A stretch of DNA of 64,000 nucleotides from a virus (IMGVR_UViG_3300025387_000015:1-64000), one strand, 5' to 3'. Positions 38,774-48,848 are shown, counted from the stretch's first letter. The notes: generated from the sequence alone by a model not told the origin. Numbers and translations are program-made.

Positions 38774-38927
38774 TATTTCTGACATCGCAGAAAGACTGGA
38801 CTCAAAAACCCTATCTGAGAACGAGAAAGTAAATCTTTTGTTGAGGTTAGAAGCAATTCGTGACTTTTCTGCATCTGTGGTCGCAAAACATTCTCGTGGC
38901 CCAATATTGGTGCAAAATAAGAAATGA
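38742..38927 (+). CDS. small hypothetical protein between gp55 and gp47
   Basis: 61-aa ORF overlapping both neighbours. Confidence 0.5.
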   Translation: MKKNLHLVPINISDIAERLDSKTLSENEKVNLLLRLEAIRDFSASVVAKHSRGPILVQNKK

Positions 38928-39994
38928 AAATTGGCCTTTTAACAGACAGTCATGCAGGAGTAAGAAATGACTCTTTGGCATTTCATGATTATATGCAGAA
39001 ATTTTATTCTAATGTTTTTTTCCCTTATCTTGCTGATAATGGAATACGCACTGTTGTGCATTGTGGGGACATTATTGACCGTCGTAAGTATATTAACATC
39101 AACACGGCGTATCGTTTACGAAAAGATCTCATCGAGCCAGCCTTAAATCAAGGCATCGAATGGCATCAGATTATTGGTAATCATGATACGTATCATAAAA
39201 ATACTAATAAAGTGAGTTCTTTTATTGAACTTTTTGGCTCATACGAGAACTATACGACCCTAAATATATATGATGACACAACCGAAGTAATGTTCGGTGA
39301 TACTAAAATTCTGTTAATTCCGTGGATATGCGATGAGAATAGAGAACATTCTTTTAATCTGATAAGGAATACAGATGCGCAAATTGCTTTCGGTCATTTG
39401 GAACTCGAAGGCTTCGAAATGTTTAAGGGATCCATCGTTTCACATGGCGACGATCCAACTCTGTTTGGACGTTTTGATATTGTCTGTTCTGGGCATTACC
39501 ATCATCGGTCAAACCGTGGTAATATTTATTATCTCGGTTCTCCTGCAGAGTATACTTGGTCTGATTACAATGATCCTCGAGGGTTTCATATCTTTGACAC
39601 AGAAACAAGAGAACTAACATTTATTGAAAACCCCTATAAGATGTTTAAGAAAGTTTGGTATAATGATGGGAGCGAAGAGTTCCTAGACAGCGAAATGGAT
39701 TATGAGCAGTTTGCAGGTTGTATTGTTAAGGTAATCGTTCAGGAAAAGAATAATCCTTTCTGGTTTGAAAAGTTTGTTGATAATATAGAGAAACAAAATC
39801 CAGTAGATATACAGATTGTTGAAGATCATTTAAATCTTGGTCTAGAAGAAGATCAGGATATTGTCAACGAAGCTGAATCAACTCTTGAAATATTCAACAA
39901 ATATATTGATAATGTCGAAATTAAAGGTGTAGATAAAATAAAGTTACAAAAGAAAATAAGTGAATTGTATCATGAGGCATTGACACTAGAATGA
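38924..39994 (+). CDS. gp47: recombination endonuclease subunit (Mre11/SbcD-like)
   Basis: LTDSHAG, HCGDIIDRRK, IIGNHDTY, GHLELEGF and SGHYHHRS. Confidence 0.95.
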   Translation: MKIGLLTDSHAGVRNDSLAFHDYMQKFYSNVFFPYLADNGIRTVVHCGDIIDRRKYININTAYRLRKDLIEPALNQGIEWHQIIGNHDTYHKNTNKVSSFIELFGSYENYTTLNIYDDTTEVMFGDTKILLIPWICDENREHSFNLIRNTDAQIAFGHLELEGFEMFKGSIVSHGDDPTLFGRFDIVCSGHYHHRSNRGNIYYLGSPAEYTWSDYNDPRGFHIFDTETRELTFIENPYKMFKKVWYNDGSEEFLDSEMDYEQFAGCIVKVIVQEKNNPFWFEKFVDNIEKQNPVDIQIVEDHLNLGLEEDQDIVNEAESTLEIFNKYIDNVEIKGVDKIKLQKKISELYHEALTLE

Positions 39995-41691
39995 TATATT
40001 TTAAAAAGATTAGATGGAAGAATTTACTTTCTACAGGTAATGTGTTTACTGAAATAGACTTATGTGGTAAAGATACAACTCTTATAGTTGGTCAGAATGG
40101 AGCTGGTAAATCAACTCTTCTTGATGCTTTATCTTTTGGTTTATTTGGTAAACCATTTCGTAAAATCAACAAACCACAACTCGTTAACTCAATCACAGAA
40201 AAAAACTGTGTGGTAGAAGTAGAGTTCTCTATTGGCACAAATCAATATAAAATTATTCGTGGAATTAAACCTAACATATTTGAAGTTTATCAGAACGAAG
40301 ACATGCTAAATCAGTCTGCCGATGTCAAAGATTATCAAGAAATATTAGAGAAACATATTCTGAAGGTAAATCACAAATCATTTAATCAAGTTGTTATTCT
40401 TGGATCAGCAACTTTTCAGCCATTTATGCAGTTACCGGGAGGTCATCGTAGAGAGATTATCGAGGATCTTCTTGATCTTCAAATTTTCACTACGATGAAT
40501 TCTTTATTGAAAGATAAAATACTAAAGAACAATGACAGTATCAGTAATGTTGTTTCAGAAAAAAGATTAATTGAATCTAAAATTGAAATGACAAAAGAAC
40601 ATCTAAAAGAGATGCAATCTAATACTGATAAATTGATTGAGGAAAAACAATCTCAAATAAATGATACTGATAAACAAATAACAGAAATATATATTAAACA
40701 TAACACTATAGTTGATGAAATAGATAAACTACAATTACAAGTAGAGGACAATGAAAGCATTTCAAAGAAGATCAATAAACTCTCGCAATTACGGCACCAA
40801 ATCCATGCGAGAATGTCGCTCCTCAATGATGATGTTGAGTTCTTCAGCAAAAACACAAGCTGCCCGACCTGTAAACAAGAGATCGAAGAAGAATTTAAAA
40901 ATAAGTCTATTACAGAAAAGCAAGATCAAATTAAAGAAATTGAAAATGGACTTGAAAAACTTTCTGAAGAATATGAGACAGCTAATGTTCGATTAAAAGA
41001 AATAATGGAGATTAATAGTAAAATTCAAAATCTTCAGATGGAGAAAATTGAATTAAATACTAATATGAATTCAATGTCTCGCTTTTGTAAAATATTAGAA
41101 AAAGAGATTCTGGAATTACGTAATAAAGAAACTAAAGATATTAAAATTGTAGATTTCGAGAACGACCTTAAAGATATAGAGAATAAGTATATTGAGTTAT
41201 CAGAAGAAAAAAATGTATTATCTATCGCTTCTAGTATGCTTAAAGATGGCGGCATTAAATCTAAAATAATTAGACAATATATTCCTGTAATTAATAAGTT
41301 AATTAATAAGTATCTGTCTTCAATGGATTTCTTTGTTTCTTTTGAACTCAATGAAGAATTTGTTGAGAGCATTAAGTCTAGATACAGAGATGATTTTACT
41401 TATGCTTCTTTTTCTGAAGGAGAAAAACAAAAGATCGATCTAGCATTATTGTTTACTTGGAGAGCAGTAGCAAAACTAAGAAACTCCATAAATACTAATC
41501 TATTGATCATGGATGAAGTGTTTGACTCTTCTCTCGATCAGAATGCCACTGACTATCTTATGAATATTATTAGAGATATATCTAAAGATAGTAATATAAT
41601 TATCATATCGCACAAAGAACACATGAACGAAAAGTTCACAAACGTATTAAAATTTGTTAAACATAAGAATTTCTCACAATTACAGGAGTAG
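39991..41691 (+). CDS. gp46: recombination ATPase subunit (Rad50/SbcC-like)
   Basis: GQNGAGKST, CPTC zinc hook, FSEGEKQKIDL, LIMDEVFDSSLD and IISH. Confidence 0.96.
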   Translation: MIYFKKIRWKNLLSTGNVFTEIDLCGKDTTLIVGQNGAGKSTLLDALSFGLFGKPFRKINKPQLVNSITEKNCVVEVEFSIGTNQYKIIRGIKPNIFEVYQNEDMLNQSADVKDYQEILEKHILKVNHKSFNQVVILGSATFQPFMQLPGGHRREIIEDLLDLQIFTTMNSLLKDKILKNNDSISNVVSEKRLIESKIEMTKEHLKEMQSNTDKLIEEKQSQINDTDKQITEIYIKHNTIVDEIDKLQLQVEDNESISKKINKLSQLRHQIHARMSLLNDDVEFFSKNTSCPTCKQEIEEEFKNKSITEKQDQIKEIENGLEKLSEEYETANVRLKEIMEINSKIQNLQMEKIELNTNMNSMSRFCKILEKEILELRNKETKDIKIVDFENDLKDIENKYIELSEEKNVLSIASSMLKDGGIKSKIIRQYIPVINKLINKYLSSMDFFVSFELNEEFVESIKSRYRDDFTYASFSEGEKQKIDLALLFTWRAVAKLRNSINTNLLIMDEVFDSSLDQNATDYLMNIIRDISKDSNIIIISHKEHMNEKFTNVLKFVKHKNFSQLQE

Positions 41692-41694
41692 AAA

Positions 41695-42231
41695 ATGTTT
41701 GGATGGTTGAAGAATTTATTTAATTTTGGTGATTTTCAATTCAATCCTGAACCACTTGGATTGTATTCTGTTGATGTAATTGATCCAAATAAATTAAAAG
41801 GAAAAGATAGACCACTATATGTAAAACAAGTATTAATTGATCTTGGTTGGAAAGACTTTCAGGCAGCTGCTATGTGTGGTCAGTTTATGCAAGAATCTTA
41901 TACAGACCTTCGTTGTAATGTTTGGGGCGATAAACATACTGCGTATGGTATTGCCCAGTGGAGAGGCAATAGACTTGCTGACCTTGAAACATTCGCAAAG
42001 AATTTGAATAAAGAAATAGGTGATCTAGATACACAAGCACGTTTTGTTAACTGGGAGCTTACCAAAGGTTCGCAGAAAAATGTTGGTAATAAATTGAAGA
42101 AAACAAAAGATATTGACGAAGCTCTGTTAGTTGCTATTGGTTATGAACGACCACGTGGTTATACTACAGCAAATCCTGAGAATGGTGACGGATTTGCTAA
42201 TCGTTGCAAATATGCAAAGAGTTTAATGTAA
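41695..42231 (+). CDS. phage tail-type lysozyme (Phage_lysozyme2-like) muralytic enzyme
   Basis: AAAMCGQFMQES, AYGIAQWRGNR, LDTQARFV.WEL and YERP. Confidence 0.8.
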   Translation: MFGWLKNLFNFGDFQFNPEPLGLYSVDVIDPNKLKGKDRPLYVKQVLIDLGWKDFQAAAMCGQFMQESYTDLRCNVWGDKHTAYGIAQWRGNRLADLETFAKNLNKEIGDLDTQARFVNWELTKGSQKNVGNKLKKTKDIDEALLVAIGYERPRGYTTANPENGDGFANRCKYAKSLM

Positions 42232-42710
42232 TGGAACTTGTAAAACAAGATAATCCTATTTTAACAAAAGTTTGCGAGGATTTTGATTTTCAGAATCCTC
42301 CATTCGATCCTGTTGAGTTTGCTAAAGATATAATGGCTTTTCTTTATGAGAACAATGGATTGGGACTGGCAGCAAATCAGATAGGAATTCCTTATCGTAT
42401 ATTTGCTATGAGAGGAGCACCAGAAAACTTTGTTTGTTTCAACCCAAAGACTGTGACAATATCAAACGATAAAGTTGTCTTAGAAGAAGGTTGTTTATCA
42501 TATCCTGGTCTTTTAGTTAAAGTTAAAAGACCTTCTATGATCAGAACAAGATTCACCACACCAAATGGCGATACTATTACAAGACAATTCATTGGTATGT
42601 CAGCAAGAGTCTATCAACACGAAATGGATCATCTAGATGGCATTAGGTTTTTTGACAAAGCTAATAAGTTTCATAAAGATCAGGCGTTCAGAAAATGGAA
42701 AAGAAAATAA
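42231..42710 (+). CDS. def: peptide deformylase
   Basis: GLGLAANQIG, EEGCLSYPG and YQHEMDHLDG; start at the TAATG overlap at 42231. Confidence 0.96.
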   Translation: MELVKQDNPILTKVCEDFDFQNPPFDPVEFAKDIMAFLYENNGLGLAANQIGIPYRIFAMRGAPENFVCFNPKTVTISNDKVVLEEGCLSYPGLLVKVKRPSMIRTRFTTPNGDTITRQFIGMSARVYQHEMDHLDGIRFFDKANKFHKDQAFRKWKRK

Positions 42711-43132
42711 TCCCAGCAAGAATAGAAGATGCCGTAATCATAAAGAATATCGACGACGTAAGTTTCGAGAAGATATTTCATGAAGATCTAAAATACTATG
42801 AGCAATGTTTTAAAAATGGATACGATGTTTTTCTTTTGATGGTAGATGGTATAGCTGCAGGAGCGTTGATACTTTCGTTTATAGATTATGAAACAGTTGG
42901 TATTGAATCTATCTCAATAGCGCCTCAGTACCAGAAAAAGGGTTTAAGTAAATTCTTAATGGATTTTGTGGATGTTTATGCTGCTCCATATAAAAAGATT
43001 ATTCTTGAAGTTTATATCGGTAACAAAAAAGCGATTGACATTTATACTAAAAAAGGGTATGATATAATTGCTACGTTGGAAGATTATTATGCTGATGGTT
43101 ATAATGCATATGTTATGGAGAAAAAACTGTGA
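42695..43132 (+). CDS. GNAT acetyltransferase (RimI-like)
   Basis: ISIAPQYQKKGLSKFL (acetyl-CoA motif A), LEV...N..AI..Y.K.GY and YYADG.NAYVM. Confidence 0.85.
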   Translation: MEKKIIPARIEDAVIIKNIDDVSFEKIFHEDLKYYEQCFKNGYDVFLLMVDGIAAGALILSFIDYETVGIESISIAPQYQKKGLSKFLMDFVDVYAAPYKKIILEVYIGNKKAIDIYTKKGYDIIATLEDYYADGYNAYVMEKKL

Positions 43133-43266
43133 AGTATTTTGATTTTGATATGCTCAACAAACATTTCGATGAACGATTATCATATATCTCTTCTTGGCTG
43201 TGGTTTATAATCATAGTCATGTCAGTATATGGTATTGCCAAAATGTTCTTAAAGTATGATAACTGA
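43129..43266 (+). CDS. small membrane protein (45 aa, not in ORF track)
   Basis: GTG start overlapping the upstream TGA; MKYFDFD...SWLWFIIIVMSVYGIAKMFLKYDN*; its stop overlaps the next ATG. Confidence 0.5.
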   Translation: MKYFDFDMLNKHFDERLSYISSWLWFIIIVMSVYGIAKMFLKYDN

Positions 43267-43826
43267 TGAATATATTCTTTATCGATGAAAATCCTGTTCA
43301 AGCTGCGCAGTGGATGGTAGATCGTCATGTTGTTAAGATGATCTTAGAATCTGCACAGCTTCTTTCAACCGCACATCGTATTCTCGATGGCAAAGAAATT
43401 CAGATACAAGCAAACATAGAACAAGAAGATGGTTCTCTCAAAACTCGCAAAAAGAAATTATGGATATTAGGAGACGCTCGTGACACAGTTTTATATTCAG
43501 CTACGCACATTAATCATCCGAGTTGTATATGGACTCGCGCAAGCGTTGAGAATTATAATTGGTTAGTTGATCATTTCTTTGCTCTTATGCAAGAATATAA
43601 TTATCGTTATGAAAAACAACATAAATGTTTTGGTGAACTTAGTTATATGCTACAATCTCCACCAAAAAATCTAGAAGAATACGATATGACAGTAATTCCA
43701 TCTGCTATGGATGATAAGTATATTGTGTCTGATAATCCTGTTGTTAATTATCGTAATTACTACAAAAATGGTAAAACCCATCTTCATAAATGGAAAAAAC
43801 GTGAGGCTCCGGAGTGGATAAATTAA
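43266..43826 (+). CDS. pyrimidine-dimer DNA glycosylase (DenV)-like family protein
   Basis: MNIF.ID.NP..AAQW.VDRHVVKMILESAQLLSTAH, THINHP, W and YRNYY. Confidence 0.75.
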   Translation: MNIFFIDENPVQAAQWMVDRHVVKMILESAQLLSTAHRILDGKEIQIQANIEQEDGSLKTRKKKLWILGDARDTVLYSATHINHPSCIWTRASVENYNWLVDHFFALMQEYNYRYEKQHKCFGELSYMLQSPPKNLEEYDMTVIPSAMDDKYIVSDNPVVNYRNYYKNGKTHLHKWKKREAPEWIN

Positions 43827-44392
43827 AAGAAACAGTCATTATTGATGACATTATATCAAACGATTTACAAGATAAATTTCATGATCTAGTCATGTCTCAG
43901 CCATTTAGGTTTTTGAAAGACATGTCTTATACTGATGGAGAAATTGTTAATCCATCTTATGGGTTCAATTTATTGTTTAAACATCCAGAATATGGAGTAT
44001 TATCTCCATTGTATGAACAAGTATGTGTTCCTATTGTCAATTCTGTGATAGAAAAACTTACTTTAGAGATTAAAGATATATATTATACTAGAGCTTTTCT
44101 TCAAGTTCCTTTGTCTAAAAAATTTTACAAAGGTAAAAATGGAGTACACGTAGATATACCAGATCCACATTATGCTTGTGTTTACTATTTGAATGACTCA
44201 GATGGAGATACTATTATATACGAACAGAACATACATGATACTGATCCTGGTTCTAAAGGCGTAGATTTGATAAGACACAAAACAGTTACACCGAAAAAAG
44301 GTAGATTTGTTATGTTTGACGGTGCAAGGTATCACTGTTCGAGCCAGCCACAAGAAAACTATCGTTGTATAATAAACTTTGACTTAATATAA
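43814..44392 (+). CDS. 2OG-Fe(II) oxygenase
   Basis: HVD (HxD), VYYLNDSDGDT, PKKGR.V.FDG..YH.S and R.IINF. Confidence 0.85.
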   Translation: MDKLKETVIIDDIISNDLQDKFHDLVMSQPFRFLKDMSYTDGEIVNPSYGFNLLFKHPEYGVLSPLYEQVCVPIVNSVIEKLTLEIKDIYYTRAFLQVPLSKKFYKGKNGVHVDIPDPHYACVYYLNDSDGDTIIYEQNIHDTDPGSKGVDLIRHKTVTPKKGRFVMFDGARYHCSSQPQENYRCIINFDLI

Positions 44393-44405
44393 GGAATGTA
44401 GTATA

Positions 44406-44783
44406 ATGTCAAATATGTTTCAGGATGTAAAAGATTTTCAAACAGCTGTTGGGCAGAATGTTGGAACAAAACCAGAATTACCTGATGGTGCTGAACGAGA
44501 GTTGAGACTTAAACTACTAAAGGAAGAATATGAAGAATACATTCAAGGAGAATGCCAAAACGATGTGGAGAATATTGCTAAAGAGCTCGCTGATATTATT
44601 TACATTGTTTGTGGCACTGCTGCATCTTACGGTATTCCCCTCGATAAAGTCTTCGACGCAGTACACGCCTCGAATATGGCAAAATTAGTTGATGGTAAAC
44701 CAGTACGCCGTGCTGATGGTAAAATTCTGAAACCAGATGGTTGGCGACCACCTGATATTAAATCTATTTTATGGAGTGAGTGA
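44406..44783 (+). CDS. MazG-like (PRA-PH type) NTP pyrophosphohydrolase
   Basis: LLKEEYEEY, KELADIIY, VHASNMAK and DGKILKP.GW..PD. Confidence 0.88.
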   Translation: MSNMFQDVKDFQTAVGQNVGTKPELPDGAERELRLKLLKEEYEEYIQGECQNDVENIAKELADIIYIVCGTAASYGIPLDKVFDAVHASNMAKLVDGKPVRRADGKILKPDGWRPPDIKSILWSE

Positions 44784-46150
44784 TGGTTAAACAGATTGTA
44801 GCAAAAGAAAAAATTGATTGCACACATCTTCTTGGTACATTCCTTGACGAAAGTCATTTTGATGTGGTAATTGAAGAAGATTGTGACGGTTATCAACCTG
44901 CCATATGCGATCTTGGGCAGAAAGCAGTTTGTGATATTGAATGTGATAATTGTGATAAAGGTCATGACGAGCGTAGAATTGCTTTTAAGTTTCGCAAGAA
45001 TTTCTTTTCTAAAGAAGAACAGGATATGGCTTATCGTGGTTTGAGAGAAGCTGCGACAGAAAGTCAAAATCGTGGTCTTGCTGCTGGGCCACGTGGAGAA
45101 ATGTTAGCAACGGAGGGTCGTGGCGGTAGAGATTGGGTTACTCCTTATCAACACGAGATTCTTGATTTTCTTTTGGATGATGGTGCTAATCTTTACAATG
45201 ATACTTCGATTGCGAGTATTCGCGAGAAGTATAAAAATGGCAACCCAAAGGATTCAGATGAAACACGTGGAACTGTTTGGTTACGTTCAGAAGTAACTAA
45301 AAGATACCCTGAATATCATGGCTGGTTTGATAAATGGGTAGATGGTCTTAGTAACAAATCTAAAGATGAAGTTCTAGCAGAAGCAAAAATGGTTGCCGAG
45401 AAGTGGGCATCTACAACCAATTATGCTAAATCTGTATTCTCCGGTGTTGCTGGTTGGTATGATAGATACCCAAGAATTCCTTATGGTCGTGCTACTTCTT
45501 ATACTGAGAAACACCCAGAATTGTTTGAACTAGCATATCCTTTCCTTCAAACATTGAATGATGGTTTTAAAGAATTACTTCCTTGGCGTTGGGCAAACCA
45601 GAAACGTCAAGCAGATAAACTTGATCCACGTTTCTTGGTTCCTGGAACTGTTTTCACAACAATTACTGTTAATAAAACTTTCCGTACAGCAGCACATCTT
45701 GATGCTGGTGATTATGCCGATGGCCTAAGTAATCTACTTGTTCTAGGAACTGGAGAATATACTGGAGGTTATCTTGTATTTCCGGAATATCGTATTGCTA
45801 TTAATGTTCGCCCTGGTGATCTTCTTCTTGTCAACAATCATGAAGTTATCCATGGAAACACACCTATTGTTCTTAACAATCCTGACGACCCTACTTGTGA
45901 GCGTATTTCTGTAGTATGTTACTTCAGAGAAAAGATGTTAGAACTACAGTCTTATGAGTATGAAAATCTAAGACGTAAATATGTTGATGAACGTAGACTA
46001 AATAAATCACACAAACTACAACGTCCGTTGTGGAATGGTATCTCTCCCGGAATGTGGGAAGAAAAAGAATGGTATGATTTTCTCCATGCTCATGGTATGA
46101 AAGATCCATATGGTAATGATGAATTGGCGAGTTTGGAAGGATTTTTCTAA
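44780..46150 (+). CDS. TET/JBP-family 2OG-Fe(II) dioxygenase (nucleobase hydroxylase)
   Basis: FTTITVNKTFRTAAHLDAGD (HxD), GGYLVFPEY, GDLLL.N.HEVIHGNTPI (H) and RISVVCYFREKM (R). Confidence 0.85.
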   Translation: MMVKQIVAKEKIDCTHLLGTFLDESHFDVVIEEDCDGYQPAICDLGQKAVCDIECDNCDKGHDERRIAFKFRKNFFSKEEQDMAYRGLREAATESQNRGLAAGPRGEMLATEGRGGRDWVTPYQHEILDFLLDDGANLYNDTSIASIREKYKNGNPKDSDETRGTVWLRSEVTKRYPEYHGWFDKWVDGLSNKSKDEVLAEAKMVAEKWASTTNYAKSVFSGVAGWYDRYPRIPYGRATSYTEKHPELFELAYPFLQTLNDGFKELLPWRWANQKRQADKLDPRFLVPGTVFTTITVNKTFRTAAHLDAGDYADGLSNLLVLGTGEYTGGYLVFPEYRIAINVRPGDLLLVNNHEVIHGNTPIVLNNPDDPTCERISVVCYFREKMLELQSYEYENLRRKYVDERRLNKSHKLQRPLWNGISPGMWEEKEWYDFLHAHGMKDPYGNDELASLEGFF

Positions 46151-46935
46151 TGGATTATCAAATAGCAATCCCATCATACAAACGTCCAGAAACTATCAAA
46201 AAGAAAACATTGAAAGTTCTCGAGAGTTATAATATTGATCCTTCTCGTATTACAATTTTCGTGGCGGATGATGAAGAACTTACTAAGTATAAAGAATCCT
46301 TAAAAGATACACCTTATCAGAAACTTGTTGTTGGTGTTCATACCATTGGTGCCCAACGTAACTTCATCGAAAAGTATTATCCTGAGGGAACAAAACTCAT
46401 GATGTTTGATGATGACGTTGAAGAAGTTCAAAAGAAAATTAGTGAACAAAAGCTCGGAAGAATTGACAATTTAGAAGAAGAGGTTATAATAAAAGGGTTT
46501 GAAGAATGCGAGAAAATTGGAGCTAAGACTTTTGGTATCTACGCAGCTTCTAATGCTTATTTTATGAAAGATAGAATATATACCAAACTTTGTTATATTA
46601 TTGCCTCTATGTTTGGAGTTATTGTCGAACATTCCAACGATCTTGAGCGTGTGACAAATCATGGCGAAGATTATGAATATTCTATTCGTCAGTATATACG
46701 TAATGGTTCGGTTGTTAGGTTTGACAATTATACAGTAAAATCTAACTATTATAAAGAAGATGGTGGATTACAAACTATTCGCACAAAAGAATATGTTTAT
46801 GAATCTATTAAAAAGATCGCAGATATGTTTCCTGATTTCTGTACGATGTATATCAGAGAATCGACTGGTAATGCTGAATTGAGATTAAAGGATACAAGAA
46901 AAGAAGTTGGAAATACTTTAGAAAGTTTCTTTTGA
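46150..46935 (+). CDS. TET-associated (GREB1-like) GT-A glycosyltransferase
   Basis: IAIPSYKRP, GA.RNFI, MFDDDV (DxD) and GEDYEYSI; coupled to the TET/JBP gene by a TAATG overlap. Confidence 0.8.
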   Translation: MDYQIAIPSYKRPETIKKKTLKVLESYNIDPSRITIFVADDEELTKYKESLKDTPYQKLVVGVHTIGAQRNFIEKYYPEGTKLMMFDDDVEEVQKKISEQKLGRIDNLEEEVIIKGFEECEKIGAKTFGIYAASNAYFMKDRIYTKLCYIIASMFGVIVEHSNDLERVTNHGEDYEYSIRQYIRNGSVVRFDNYTVKSNYYKEDGGLQTIRTKEYVYESIKKIADMFPDFCTMYIRESTGNAELRLKDTRKEVGNTLESFF

Positions 46936-46949
46936 TTATTGGAGGAATT

Positions 46950-47321
46950 ATGGCAAAGGTGACGCATGGTGGGTATATGTTTGAGAATGGTGATACATTT
47001 ACCCAAACAGTATCTGTTTCTTCTACAGGTTCTTTAAAATTAGAACCACTTTACAAATATGCAGAAGGACAGATTATATCAGATTTCAAAGAATATATAG
47101 ATAAAACGTATCAGCAGCACTACAAGACAGAAGAAGATAGGATCGAATGTTTTGATGCTTGGATTGCTCTTGATGATGCCACACCTACTTTCAGAAATAC
47201 TGCTTTAAAGTATTTGTGGCGTTATGGTAAGAAGAATGGTAATAATAAAGATGATTTAATGAAAGCTCTTCATTATATTCTAATGTGTTTATATAACGAT
47301 CATTACAAGAAAGGTGAATAA
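46950..47321 (+). CDS. DUF3310/SaV-like protein (nucleotide kinase-like)
   Basis: Y.QHY, N.ALKYLWRYGKKNG...DL.KALHY; GGAGG RBS at 46941-46945. Confidence 0.7.
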   Translation: MAKVTHGGYMFENGDTFTQTVSVSSTGSLKLEPLYKYAEGQIISDFKEYIDKTYQQHYKTEEDRIECFDAWIALDDATPTFRNTALKYLWRYGKKNGNNKDDLMKALHYILMCLYNDHYKKGE

Positions 47322-47324
47322 ATT

Positions 47325-48179
47325 ATGGAAATTCAAATCCCAGTAGAAAAGCTACGCGAACGTGGACTGTTTGTTGCCACTCCTATGTATGGTGGTCAGT
47401 GCGCAGGTATGTTTGCTCGTTCAGTAGCTGATTTGTCGGCTCTGTGCACAAAGTATGGTATTCCTTTACAGTTCTATTTCTTGTTCAATGAGTCGTTGAT
47501 TACTCGAGCAAGAAACTATTGTTGCGATGAATTCATGCGTTCTAACACACAACACATGATGTTTATTGACTCTGATATTGGTTTCAATCCACAAGATGTT
47601 ATTGCTCTTATGGCTCTTCAAGCAAATGACGAGAAGTATGACATCATTGGTGGCCCATATCCTAAGAAGTGTATCTCTTGGGAAAAGATTAAGCACGCTG
47701 TTGATAAAGGTGTTGCTGATGAAGATCCAAACGTTCTGGAGAAGTTCGTTGGTGATTATGTGTTCAATCCAAAGGGTAATCAGACAAGCATTCCTCTTTC
47801 AGAACCAGTTGAGGTTCTTGAGATTGGAACTGGTTTTATGATGGTAACAAAGAATGCTATGCAGAAATTCTACGATTCTTATAAAGATCAGTACTCATAT
47901 AAACCAGATCATGTTCGCACTGAACATTTTGATGGTTCACGTGAAATCCTTATGTACTTCCAAGCAGAAGTTGATCCAGTTTCTAAGCGATATCTTTCAG
48001 AAGACTACTGGTTCTGCCAGAAAGCGCAGCAGATTGGTCTAACAACTTGGTTCTGTCCTTGGATGGTTCTACAACATGTTGGTACATATATTTTTGGTGG
48101 GTCTCTTGCTGATATTGCTTCAGTTGGTGCATCAGCTACAGCTGATCCGTCAAAACTTGGTGGTAAGAAAAAGAAGTAA
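47325..48179 (+). CDS. GT-A-fold glycosyltransferase-like protein
   Basis: FVATPMYGG, ESLITRARN, MFIDSDIGF (DxD), GTGFMM and YLSEDYWFC. Confidence 0.75.
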   Translation: MEIQIPVEKLRERGLFVATPMYGGQCAGMFARSVADLSALCTKYGIPLQFYFLFNESLITRARNYCCDEFMRSNTQHMMFIDSDIGFNPQDVIALMALQANDEKYDIIGGPYPKKCISWEKIKHAVDKGVADEDPNVLEKFVGDYVFNPKGNQTSIPLSEPVEVLEIGTGFMMVTKNAMQKFYDSYKDQYSYKPDHVRTEHFDGSREILMYFQAEVDPVSKRYLSEDYWFCQKAQQIGLTTWFCPWMVLQHVGTYIFGGSLADIASVGASATADPSKLGGKKKK

Positions 48180-48194
48180 GCGAAAGGATATATT

Positions 48195-48848
48195 ATGAAT
48201 ATTAGTGCAAACACCGTTACTGTTCTTAAAAACTTCCATTCTATCAATCCTTCGATTGTTATCAAGGAAGGCAATGTGCTGGAGACTATCTCCAGCACTA
48301 AAACAATCAAAGCAAAAGCAGTAGTTAATACTACTTTCCCTCGTCGGTTTGCTATGTATGATCTCAATAAATTAATCTCTATGATTAGTTTTTATGAGAA
48401 TCCACAATTAAGGTTTGAGGACAATAGCGTAGTTGTATTTGATGGAACAGAACAAACAGTTATTCCTTATTCAGATGAATCAACTATAATTAAGGTTCCT
48501 GAAAAGGAAATTAAGTTGCCTTCTATTGATGTTTCAGTTAAGATTACTAATGATAATATCAAGAAGGTAGAAAAGGCTCTTGGATTGCTTTCTGTTCCAG
48601 AAATCTTTATTTCAGGAGATGGTAATACTGTTTATCTCCAAGCAGCTGATTCAAAGAATCCATCAAGTTATTCTCACTCTATTCCTGTTGGAGAGACGGA
48701 TAAAACTTTCCGTGCAATTTTTAAAGCGGAGAATATTAAAGTTTTGCCAGGTGATTATAATGTTGAAATTTGTTCTAAAGGTATCTCAAGGTTCTTTAAC
48801 GATAATCTAGAGTACTTTATTGCAGTTGAATCAACTTCAACTTTCTGA
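48195..48848 (+). CDS. gp45: DNA polymerase sliding clamp
   Basis: TVLKNF.SINPSI, F..YDLN, NIKVLPGDY.V and YFIAVE. Confidence 0.92.
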   Translation: MNISANTVTVLKNFHSINPSIVIKEGNVLETISSTKTIKAKAVVNTTFPRRFAMYDLNKLISMISFYENPQLRFEDNSVVVFDGTEQTVIPYSDESTIIKVPEKEIKLPSIDVSVKITNDNIKKVEKALGLLSVPEIFISGDGNTVYLQAADSKNPSSYSHSIPVGETDKTFRAIFKAENIKVLPGDYNVEICSKGISRFFNDNLEYFIAVESTSTF

